From a virus (lineage: Duplodnaviria; Caudoviricetes): a DNA stretch of 36,969 nt. The stretch is taken from positions 1-36,969 of the IMG/VR virus record IMGVR_UViG_3300005144_000044. One strand, 5' to 3'. Below are positions 8,440 through 16,393 of this stretch, one piece after another. The position numbers were made by a program, and so were the translations under genes. Numbering within the stretch: position 1 is the first letter of the stretch; each line of letters starts with the position of its first letter. The notes below the pieces were generated by a model. The model was not told where the DNA came from. It saw nothing but the letters and a program-made list of their open reading frames with translations, and did not search any database.

Positions 8440-10332
8440 TTAGACTACCCCGTAGGACTGTTTCAACAACATGCGGCGAATGCTTTCTTCCGAGCTCTCC
8501 GGTTTGGGATTGTGGACTGTAATGCTGTAAGTGTTGGTCACACCACCTGGTCCGTATACCGCTTGCCCGTTTTTACCCTGACTGACTTTTTGCATCGCGG
8601 CAATAATCAGGCTTTCCAGTCGATCGATCGGGACAACCGCTTCGGATCCTGCTTCGCCAACCCCGATCACACTCGGGCTGTTGAAGATACCGCCACTGGC
8701 ATACCACTTGATTCCTAGCTTCGGGGCCGAAGGAGGGTTTAAACTCCATGACCCCGAGATTTCAAAGTGGGGCAGCTTCGGTTTGGGCAACTTGATTTCC
8801 GGCAGCTTCAAATTGGCAAAGAACCCGACGATCGCATCCAGAGCGGTCCGGATCGTGTTTTTGACCGCAGTGATCGGCCCTTCGACACTCGTTTTGATGC
8901 TGTTCCAAACTTCGGAGGTCTTTTGCTTGACGGTTTCCCAGTTGGTGTATAAAAGGATGCCGACCGCGATGAGTCCGGCGATGATCGCGATCACGAGGCC
9001 AATCGGACCGGTCAACGCAGTAAAGACCGCACCCAGAGCACCGCTGATCCCACCGACCGAAGCCAATGCACCAGAGATCGCACCCACAGCAGTTGATATC
9101 CCGCCAATGACGGAAATGATCTTGCCGACAATCCCGATCACCGGTCCGGCTGCGGCTGCAACTAGGGCGATTTTGACGATCTGTTCCTGCTGTTCTTTCG
9201 AAAGACCCTGAAACGCATCCATCAGGGGTTTTACCACGCTGATGATCTTTTCCAACACCGGGATCAGGATCTGGCCGAACTGGATCCCGAGCTGCGTCGC
9301 TTGCTCTTGCATGATCCGCAGTTTATTGGTCGGGCTATCCAGTGTTCGCGCCAGGTCACCTTGGGCGTTCTTGGTCGATTCCATAATCACCCCGAACCGA
9401 GCTTGGACCTTTTGGGCTTCGGTCAATTTTTCTCCCTGCTTAGCAATGCCGTTGGCATAGGCATAGGTTTTAACCGTGTTTTCATTGACCAGGATACCCA
9501 AAGCTTTTAAAGGTTCCGCTTCACCGGAGATACCAGATTTTAGCTTATTAAACGCTTCATCCGGGCTCAGGTTATAAAAAGATGCCATGTCATAGGACAA
9601 CTGGGTTAAGGTTTCGGACAGGGTTAGTGATTCATCCGTCGAAAGACCCATGGAGGTCAGCATCGCGTTATAGGTGGCAACGTTCTTTCGCACGGTGAAG
9701 GCATTAAGCCCCAGGGCTTTGGAGGTTTCATCCGACCACTTGCGGGCAGAATCTGCCATATCTCCCATCGCAACTTCGAACAGGTTTTCGGACTCGACCG
9801 CATCCATCGCCAGTTTGGTTGAAGCAGTGGCGATCCCCAGGATCGGCAAGGTGACTGCGGTGGACAAGGTTTTACCAACCGAGGAGAGTTTGTCGCCGAA
9901 CACCTTCATTTTCTTTCCGGCAGCGTCCATGTTCTGCGAGAGCTTGTACCAGGCCGAGCTTTTGAGGTTCAGTTCGCGAGTGGTTTCCTGCAGCTCCTGC
10001 TGCATTTTGTTAAGTTCGGCGGTGGCGTAATTGACCTTGATTTTCAAATTCTCGGTCGCCTTGGCATCCTCGCCTTTGGCCCGGACACTGGCTTGATACG
10101 CATGCTCCAGCTCACGTACCTTCTGGGCTTGGATATCCACCTGACGGTTGAGGCTATCTGCTTTGAGTTTCAACCCTTCAGTCGATTTGCCAAAATCACC
10201 CAGCCGGGCGCTGGCAGCGGCAAACTCGCTTTGGACCACTTTCAAGCTACGTTGGATTTTTAAGACGCCTTCCTGAAACCCGCGATCGTCAAGACCGATC
10301 CGGGCGATGACGGTATTGGTATCACTGGCCAT
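8440..10332 (-). CDS. Tail tape measure protein
   Basis: 630 aa; N-terminal coiled coil, SGE.EPLK.LGI, Gly/Ala-rich TM region, KWYASGGIF..GEAGSEAVVP C-terminus. Confidence 0.92.
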   Translation of the reverse strand: MASDTNTVIARIGLDDRGFQEGVLKIQRSLKVVQSEFAAASARLGDFGKSTEGLKLKADSLNRQVDIQAQKVRELEHAYQASVRAKGEDAKATENLKIKVNYATAELNKMQQELQETTRELNLKSSAWYKLSQNMDAAGKKMKVFGDKLSSVGKTLSTAVTLPILGIATASTKLAMDAVESENLFEVAMGDMADSARKWSDETSKALGLNAFTVRKNVATYNAMLTSMGLSTDESLTLSETLTQLSYDMASFYNLSPDEAFNKLKSGISGEAEPLKALGILVNENTVKTYAYANGIAKQGEKLTEAQKVQARFGVIMESTKNAQGDLARTLDSPTNKLRIMQEQATQLGIQFGQILIPVLEKIISVVKPLMDAFQGLSKEQQEQIVKIALVAAAAGPVIGIVGKIISVIGGISTAVGAISGALASVGGISGALGAVFTALTGPIGLVIAIIAGLIAVGILLYTNWETVKQKTSEVWNSIKTSVEGPITAVKNTIRTALDAIVGFFANLKLPEIKLPKPKLPHFEISGSWSLNPPSAPKLGIKWYASGGIFNSPSVIGVGEAGSEAVVPIDRLESLIIAAMQKVSQGKNGQAVYGPGGVTNTYSITVHNPKPESSEESIRRMLLKQSYGVV

Positions 10333-10352
10333 GCCTACTTAATCCCTCCTTC

Positions 10353-10556
10353 CTAGAACAGGATGCTGTCGATTGTATCCGTGTTATCATCGTCGCCAAT
10401 ACCGTGCACCGCTCGGTAGACCTTATACAGGGCTTGGAGCTTTTTCGGGGTACTGAGCCAAAACTGCTCTTCGGTCATTTTCAGAAGATTGGTTGCCAAA
10501 TAAAAAAGCCACTCCCAGTCCCAGGTATTGGACTCTAAGTGGCTTTCGATTCCCCC
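10353..10556 (-). CDS. -1 frameshift extension of tail chaperone (gpGT C-terminal part)
   Basis: Slippery G GGG GAA at 10556-10550; -1 frame open to TAG at 10353 and encodes WDWEWLFYLATNLLKMTEEQFWLSTPKKL; missed by the ORF track. Confidence 0.8.
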   Translation of the reverse strand, partial: GGIESHLESNTWDWEWLFYLATNLLKMTEEQFWLSTPKKLQALYKVYRAVHGIGDDDNTDTIDSILF

Positions 10557-10873
10557 GGCTCCGAATCCTCCGCTTCGGGCATGGCCTTGTCGAGTGCTTC
10601 ATTAATCGCCGTGCCCAGGCGTTCGAGATCTTTAAGCTCCAGGAGCTCGCCGACCTGGCGCAGGGAGACACCTTCGTCCTCAACCTTGATCGAGGCATAG
10701 ATCAGGGCGCGAATGGCTTTGAGTTTCATTTTCTGTAAATCCTCAAAGGCCAGGTTGATGTCGCCATAGACATCCTCGAGTTCGCAGAAGGTGTTCATGT
10801 TGAGCTTGATCTCATAATCCTTGCCACCGAGAGAGAAGGGGATGCCTTTGTTTTTGAGTTCAGATGCTTTCAT
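10535..10873 (-). CDS. Tail assembly chaperone (gpG-like)
   Basis: Acidic 112 aa between major tail and tape measure genes; N.FCELED.YG motif. Confidence 0.8.
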   Translation of the reverse strand: MKASELKNKGIPFSLGGKDYEIKLNMNTFCELEDVYGDINLAFEDLQKMKLKAIRALIYASIKVEDEGVSLRQVGELLELKDLERLGTAINEALDKAMPEAEDSEPGESKAT

Positions 10874-10891
10874 GTTTCAACGACTCCTTCG

Positions 10892-11464
10892 TTATGGGGT
10901 GACGATCGGTTCAGCCGGAACAGCGGTAAACCAGGCCGTGATAATTGCCGGATCGATCCCAACCTCATCCTCATCGGCAATAAAGCGGAAGTTGCCATCA
11001 AAATCGCGTGAGTAGAACGTGCCTTTGAGTTTGGCGGTTTTCGGGGCGGGCTTATCCGCTTCGGTGTCATACTCATCTGCCGCCAGCTCGAACTTGCCCT
11101 TCAGTAGCCAGACGAAACGGTATTTGCCGTTATGCTTTTTGGACTTAAAGCCCAGGGCTACCGTCGGGGCCAAGTCCTGTTTGCTTTCGATCAGGACGCC
11201 GGTGACAACCGATGCACCTTGCAAAGTGGCACGGCTGGTAAGGGAGAGCTGGTTGAGTTCGATTTCGACTTCGATGCTGTCAAAGGATGTGATTACATCT
11301 TCGACTGAGTCGTCCGAATAGATGTTTTCCGAATTGACCTTGGGGGTGAGCTTGGCGCTGATCGCCCGCTCCAGTTTGGTCGTGGTGGCATAAGTTGCCC
11401 CGGTGTTATCGTCTTTGGTCAAAAGCGCGATGTGAATATCTCTAAGACCGATTTGTCTGGCCAT
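10892..11464 (-). CDS. Major tail protein (phi13 family)
   Basis: IGLRD, YSDD, ALGFKS...YRFVWLLKGKF motifs. Confidence 0.88.
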   Translation of the reverse strand: MARQIGLRDIHIALLTKDDNTGATYATTTKLERAISAKLTPKVNSENIYSDDSVEDVITSFDSIEVEIELNQLSLTSRATLQGASVVTGVLIESKQDLAPTVALGFKSKKHNGKYRFVWLLKGKFELAADEYDTEADKPAPKTAKLKGTFYSRDFDGNFRFIADEDEVGIDPAIITAWFTAVPAEPIVTP

Positions 11465-11803
11465 TTAAGTGTCCTCCTTGGATTCGAGATAAAAGAATTT
11501 GAGCCCCTTGTGGTAGATTCCGGTGTCAGGTTCATAGAAATCCGCTTCGTTCAGGCGATGAAACCCCGTTGCCAGGAGCAATGACTTCACCGTTGTCACC
11601 AAAGCGGTGTAGTCCGTTTTCGACCAGATGTCTATCTGGATGTAATGCCCCGTTTGATCTTCCTGGTCATCGGAAAAATCCTCGCCGTTTTGCAGGTATT
11701 CATGGAAGGTGATGTAGGTGTTTTCGGTACCGGAGTATTTCTGGAAAGCGACCGGAACGCCAACAGGTGCCAGGGCATCCAAGACGATTTTGTTAATCTC
11801 CAT
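11465..11803 (-). CDS. Tail completion/terminator protein
   Basis: YITF, IQIDIWSK, YEPDTGIYH motifs; position. Confidence 0.75.
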   Translation of the reverse strand: MEINKIVLDALAPVGVPVAFQKYSGTENTYITFHEYLQNGEDFSDDQEDQTGHYIQIDIWSKTDYTALVTTVKSLLLATGFHRLNEADFYEPDTGIYHKGLKFFYLESKEDT

Positions 11804-12188
11804 TGAGACCCCTTTCCAGTTCCTCCCGGATTACGGCGTTGATCTTGCCCTTGTTTTCACGCACTGACTTTTCGGCCCAGTGCTGGGCAGGGATTTTGGA
11901 TGTGCCCCACTCGGTGAATTTGCTATAGAAAAACGGGGAATTATCGCCTTTGGTCGGTCCGACCTGGACGAAATCCACCCCGTTTTCCTGCTTCACGTCT
12001 GAAACGGCAATGTTGTCTGCCATATGGGTCTTGCTCTGGTCTGATCGGGGTGCTTTGGATTCTATGCTGGATTTGACCAGCTTCCCGGCTCGATCGAGTG
12101 CTTTTTGCTTAATGGCGACCCCCTTGGCACCAAGTTTATTGACCTTGGCAATGAGCTCCTGCATGCCCTCAAGTTCAATCTTGGCCAC
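11793..12188 (-). CDS. HK97 gp10-like morphogenesis protein
   Basis: KAPRS..HMADNI, FYSKFTEWGTSK motifs. Confidence 0.85.
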   Translation of the reverse strand: MAKIELEGMQELIAKVNKLGAKGVAIKQKALDRAGKLVKSSIESKAPRSDQSKTHMADNIAVSDVKQENGVDFVQVGPTKGDNSPFFYSKFTEWGTSKIPAQHWAEKSVRENKGKINAVIREELERGLNGD

Positions 12189-12507
12189 CGGGCATCACCT
12201 CCACCGCTTTAATCTCCAAATACTTTTTCCGGTACTTGATGTCATCGATGTCGACGATGTTAAACACCCGGTCCTGAAACTGGATTTGCATGCTGGTAGA
12301 AACACTGGGCAGGTAGCGGATTGTGAACTTGACGGTGTTCTCGGCTTGGACGGCCTTGGCGGCAAAATACTCCTTGCCGTGTAGGTTCGTTACAGCGGCC
12401 CAGATTGTTTTGAAAACTTGGACCTCGGTTGTTTCAAAGCCATTTTCGTTAATGACCGGGGTCGTGCTTACAATTGATATCCGATGACGAAGCTCAGAAA
12501 TATTCAT
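12175..12507 (-). CDS. Head closure / head-tail adaptor
   Basis: LRHRI, WAAV, KFTIRY, FNIVDI motifs. Confidence 0.85.
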   Translation of the reverse strand: MNISELRHRISIVSTTPVINENGFETTEVQVFKTIWAAVTNLHGKEYFAAKAVQAENTVKFTIRYLPSVSTSMQIQFQDRVFNIVDIDDIKYRKKYLEIKAVEVMPGGQD

Positions 12508-12509
12508 AC

Positions 12510-12785
12510 TCACCACCCGTCCAATCGATACGATTGCAGCAGTCGTCTGGTGAAATCCAGAAGTTCAGTAATGTTGGCTGCTTCACGCTGCTCATAGAGA
12601 TTGGCGACCAGAAACAACCCCGCATTTTTGAGGATCTCTGGGACAGGATCAAATTCGGCTAAAGATCGCCTCAGAACGTCTTCACAGATTCCCTCTGCGG
12701 TGGAAATAAAATGGAGGATGAGCGAATCATCCTCCACACCGTCAACGCGCAGATAGTGTTTGGCTTCTTCTAATGTGACAATCAG
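12510..12785 (-). CDS. Head-tail connector (gp6-like); probable CTG start
   Basis: TLEEAKHYLRVD..EDD.LI, LYEQRE motifs; GGAGG 8 nt before in-frame CTG. Confidence 0.82.
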   Translation of the reverse strand: MIVTLEEAKHYLRVDGVEDDSLILHFISTAEGICEDVLRRSLAEFDPVPEILKNAGLFLVANLYEQREAANITELLDFTRRLLQSYRLDGW

Positions 12786-12903
12786 ATCGCTCACCTCCCA
12801 TTTTTGTGTGCATATGTCCTTGGTTCGTAATCGGAAAATATTGCGAAGCAAATCTGCAACCAGTTCGTGATTTTACTTCGCAATTGGCGGCTATGATGAA
12901 CCG

Positions 12904-13116
12904 TTACTCAGCCGCCATCAGTCCCGCTGCTTTGAGTTTTGCCAGCAGCGCATTGAAATCCGTGACCAGCCCGGGGACATCAGCAGCGACACTGTCGGCT
13001 TGAAAAGCGGCAGGGGTGAACAGGCCAAGGACCTGTCCACCTTCTGCAATTTCCAACGTGCCGCCAATGACGGTCTTGTCACCACCCTGTTCGGTGTAGT
13101 TTTTGACGTTACTCAT
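12904..13116 (-). CDS. Head fiber / decoration protein
   Basis: KNYTEQGG.KTVIGG.L and DFNALLAKLKAAGLM motifs; follows capsid. Confidence 0.75.
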   Translation of the reverse strand: MSNVKNYTEQGGDKTVIGGTLEIAEGGQVLGLFTPAAFQADSVAADVPGLVTDFNALLAKLKAAGLMAAE

Positions 13117-13126
13117 TGTCTACACC

Positions 13127-14323
13127 TCACGCTTTCATCTGCAGGACTTGGATTGCTTCCGGCAGAATCAGCTTGCCATCGACACGCTGGGTGGCCCTGA
13201 AGCCGACCTGGCCGTTGGCGGCATACAGTTCGTTCAGACGCTGGAACGACCGGCCCTGGCGATCGGCGATCCAATAGTTTTTGAAGTCTCCAAAGGCAAT
13301 AATTTTAGCGGCTGAGGCGATCGTCGGTATGTTGCTGGATGTGAAGATCGGACGATCAAGAATGCTATCTGGTCCCCCTTCATCAAGGGATGGACGCCAC
13401 AAATATTGTCCGCTACCATCCTTCAACTTTCGAATCGCTTTGATCGTTAAGTCATTCATCACAAACACTGCATTTTTCCTGTAGGGTGCTCTAAGGGAGT
13501 GATACAGATCTAGCAACTCATCCGCTGTCATTGCAGTGGCCGATGCAGCCGTCACTCCAACCTGAGCACCACCTGTAGAATTAAAGATACCAATCGGTTT
13601 ACCGGAACCATCGCCGATAAAGAAGGCTTCTTCCTCTTTGGCACCGATCCGGCGGCCAAACTCTCTGGCGATGTAGCTTTCGAGGTTGAATACCGCATCG
13701 TTCAAGAGCTCCTCAGAGACTTTGATCATGGTGGCAAGCTTATACGCTCCGATCGTCACCTGTGTGAAGGCATCGTCCGATTCCGGAATCAGACCTTCCT
13801 CATCGACCCAGCTGGCCGTGCCTTTGCTGGCCACAACCGGGATCTTGCGGTCGCCGGATGAAGTGGAGATCACATTCGCCAGCTGACGGAAGATGTTCTG
13901 CTCCTCAAGCGCGGCGATCAGCTGACGTTCGAACTCATCCGGGACCAGGTAGCCACCTTCCGAATCGGTGCCGATCTGCAGGGCGTTTTGGACATCAAAG
14001 TGAGTTTTATTGCGCATGGCTTTCCAGAACGAGGTACGGTACTCATCCGAAGCACGACCAACTTTGGCATCCTGGCCAGTGCCGTTCGGGACGTTGCGGA
14101 TCGGGTTGTTGACCGGCTGGTTCAGTTCCAAATCCATTGCTCTCTGGCGTTCTAGGCGATCGATCTCTTTGCCAAGGTCGACGACTTCCTTCTCCATCTT
14201 GTCATAGACAGCAGTGTCCTCGGCGCTGATCAGGCCATCGGTACCGCGCTTGCTGTCGAGGAATGCTTTGGCAGCATCCCAGGCTTTTGCTCTCTTTTCA
14301 CGAAGTTCCAAAATCATGTTCAT
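13127..14323 (-). CDS. Major capsid protein (HK97 fold)
   Basis: EGGYLVPDEF, VSEELLND, LKDGSGQYLW, FGDF..Y, RVDGKL motifs; AGGAGG SD. Confidence 0.95.
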   Translation of the reverse strand: MNMILELREKRAKAWDAAKAFLDSKRGTDGLISAEDTAVYDKMEKEVVDLGKEIDRLERQRAMDLELNQPVNNPIRNVPNGTGQDAKVGRASDEYRTSFWKAMRNKTHFDVQNALQIGTDSEGGYLVPDEFERQLIAALEEQNIFRQLANVISTSSGDRKIPVVASKGTASWVDEEGLIPESDDAFTQVTIGAYKLATMIKVSEELLNDAVFNLESYIAREFGRRIGAKEEEAFFIGDGSGKPIGIFNSTGGAQVGVTAASATAMTADELLDLYHSLRAPYRKNAVFVMNDLTIKAIRKLKDGSGQYLWRPSLDEGGPDSILDRPIFTSSNIPTIASAAKIIAFGDFKNYWIADRQGRSFQRLNELYAANGQVGFRATQRVDGKLILPEAIQVLQMKA

Positions 14324-14340
14324 AACAATAATGCCCTCCT

Positions 14341-15054
14341 TCAAGGCTGAATCAAAAAGAGCCGCTTCTCGAGCGACTCTACAGTGGTGGATGGGATGTG
14401 GGTCTGTGGTTCGGGGTCCGGTGGTTTGGGTCGTTGTGGCAGTTTTTGCATCAGGGAATTAGTCACGGTCAGGTTACTGAAGATGATGCCCTCGCCATCC
14501 GTTGCAACCTGAGCATCTGAGAAAAGGATGCCATCGGCAAAGCCCAATTCAACGGCTTTTCGCGCGTTCATCCAGCTCTCGTTGTCCATAAGCCGTGAAA
14601 TCTTAGCTCGTGAAAGTCCTGATTTGATCTCATAGGCGGAGATGATCGATTCTTTCACTTCATTTAGCATGGCAATGGTTTTTTCCATCTCCACAGTGTC
14701 GCCAAATGCTAAGGCGAGCGGATTATGGATCATCAGACACGAGACCGGTGACATTAGGACCTCGCCCCCGGCCATGGCAATAACCGATGCAGCGCTGGCT
14801 GCAATGCCATCGATTTTAACGGTCACTTTGCCTGGGAAATCCATGAGCATGTTGTAGATCTGGGCAGCAGCAAAGACATCCCCACCCGGACTATTGACCC
14901 AGATGGTGATGTCGCCGATTTCATTCATGAGCTCTGCTTTGAATTGCTTCGGCGTGACCTCATCTCCGTACCAGCTTTCTTCAGCTATGGGACCTTCCAG
15001 ATAGAGAGTTCGGCCGTTTTCGTTCTTGATCCAGTTCCAGAAGTGTCTTTTCAA
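14341..15054 (-). CDS. ClpP-type head maturation protease
   Basis: NSPGGDVF, DGIAASAAS, MIHNP, AVELGFAD; TTG start after AAGGAGG. Confidence 0.92.
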   Translation of the reverse strand: MKRHFWNWIKNENGRTLYLEGPIAEESWYGDEVTPKQFKAELMNEIGDITIWVNSPGGDVFAAAQIYNMLMDFPGKVTVKIDGIAASAASVIAMAGGEVLMSPVSCLMIHNPLALAFGDTVEMEKTIAMLNEVKESIISAYEIKSGLSRAKISRLMDNESWMNARKAVELGFADGILFSDAQVATDGEGIIFSNLTVTNSLMQKLPQRPKPPDPEPQTHIPSTTVESLEKRLFLIQP

Positions 15055-15058
15055 GGGT

Positions 15059-16276
15059 TTATTCCTCCTTCGTTGAGTTGATTTTTGACGCCCAGGCGCC
15101 AATATCCTCTAATTTGATCATGTTGCCATTGACAGCAAACACGTCTCCGTGTTCAATGGCATTCAGATTTTCAAGGGATCGCGCATCATTCGGGCTCAAG
15201 AATCCGTTCTGAATACCAATCGCATACCCGTTCATTCGACTCTGATAATCGCCGCGGAGCAGACCATCCAGGTTGAATTTGACAAAATACTGCTGCTTTT
15301 CGGACGGCAAGAATAAAGCCTTCTGAATGGCCTGTTCCCACCTGATAACCCACGGATCCAAGGTGTATTTCACAAACTCCAGCGACTGCTGCTCAATGTT
15401 GGAAAAACTTGATTTTTCGAGATCAGCCAAGAGGTGTGGAGCTACCCTGAAAATTCGAGCGATTTCGTTGATCTGAAATTTTCTAGTTTCGAGAAACTGT
15501 GCCTGATCAGGCGGGATCCCGATCGGGGAGAACTTGACACCTTCTTCCAAAACAGCGATCCGGTGGGCGTTACCGCTTCCCTGGTATACAGCGTTCCAAC
15601 TGTCTCGCAGCCGTTTGGGATCCTTAACGATCCCAGGGTGTTCCAAAACACCCCCAGGATTGGCCCCATTTGAGAAAAATACAGCGCCATATTCCTCCGC
15701 CGCTATCGACATTCCGATGGAATTTTTTGCCATCGCGATTGGCGAATAACCGACGAGGCCATCAAAGCCGAGCCCTGGAATGTGGAGGACCTCATCGCTT
15801 CGTAGCACATAGATGCCGCGTTCCGTCTGATAGTGGTAGGTGATCTCACCCGTAATGGCCCGATCCACCAGCATCTTGTCTGGCAGCAGGGGATACAGTG
15901 ACAATACCCGCCCCCGACCATCCCGAATGATCTGCGCATAGGCATTGCCCCATAATAAAAGATGACTCATCAGCGTTTCTCGGAACACGAATGAAGTCAT
16001 CTCTCGGTTGGGTTCACTATGCAGAAGGTAGTACAGTGGATGATCCAGGGCTTTGTCCTTACCGCGGTCGGTATATCGATAGGTGTGAAGCGGCAAACTA
16101 GCGATCGTTTCGGATAGGATCCGAACGCACGCATAGACGGCTGTGGTTTGAAGCGCGGTTCGTTCGTTGACGGTTTTCCCACTGGGCGTGCTGCCAAAAA
16201 AGAAACTGTAGGTGTTGCCCAGAAGTGAATTTTGGGGTTTGTCACGGGCTTTGATGAATCGGTCTAACAATGACAT
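15059..16276 (-). CDS. Portal protein (HK97 family)
   Basis: AVYACV, LLLWGNAY, GYSPI, AQFLETRK, SFSNIEQQ motifs. Confidence 0.95.
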   Translation of the reverse strand: MSLLDRFIKARDKPQNSLLGNTYSFFFGSTPSGKTVNERTALQTTAVYACVRILSETIASLPLHTYRYTDRGKDKALDHPLYYLLHSEPNREMTSFVFRETLMSHLLLWGNAYAQIIRDGRGRVLSLYPLLPDKMLVDRAITGEITYHYQTERGIYVLRSDEVLHIPGLGFDGLVGYSPIAMAKNSIGMSIAAEEYGAVFFSNGANPGGVLEHPGIVKDPKRLRDSWNAVYQGSGNAHRIAVLEEGVKFSPIGIPPDQAQFLETRKFQINEIARIFRVAPHLLADLEKSSFSNIEQQSLEFVKYTLDPWVIRWEQAIQKALFLPSEKQQYFVKFNLDGLLRGDYQSRMNGYAIGIQNGFLSPNDARSLENLNAIEHGDVFAVNGNMIKLEDIGAWASKINSTKEE

Positions 16277-16393
16277 ATACACATATTCCTCTCGGTAAAA
16301 ATTGATGGTACAATTTGCATGACATAAGATGACTCTCTGCGGAGATCATCAGAGGGAGTTGGTTGAGTCCGACTCCCTTATTTCGTTCTGAGT

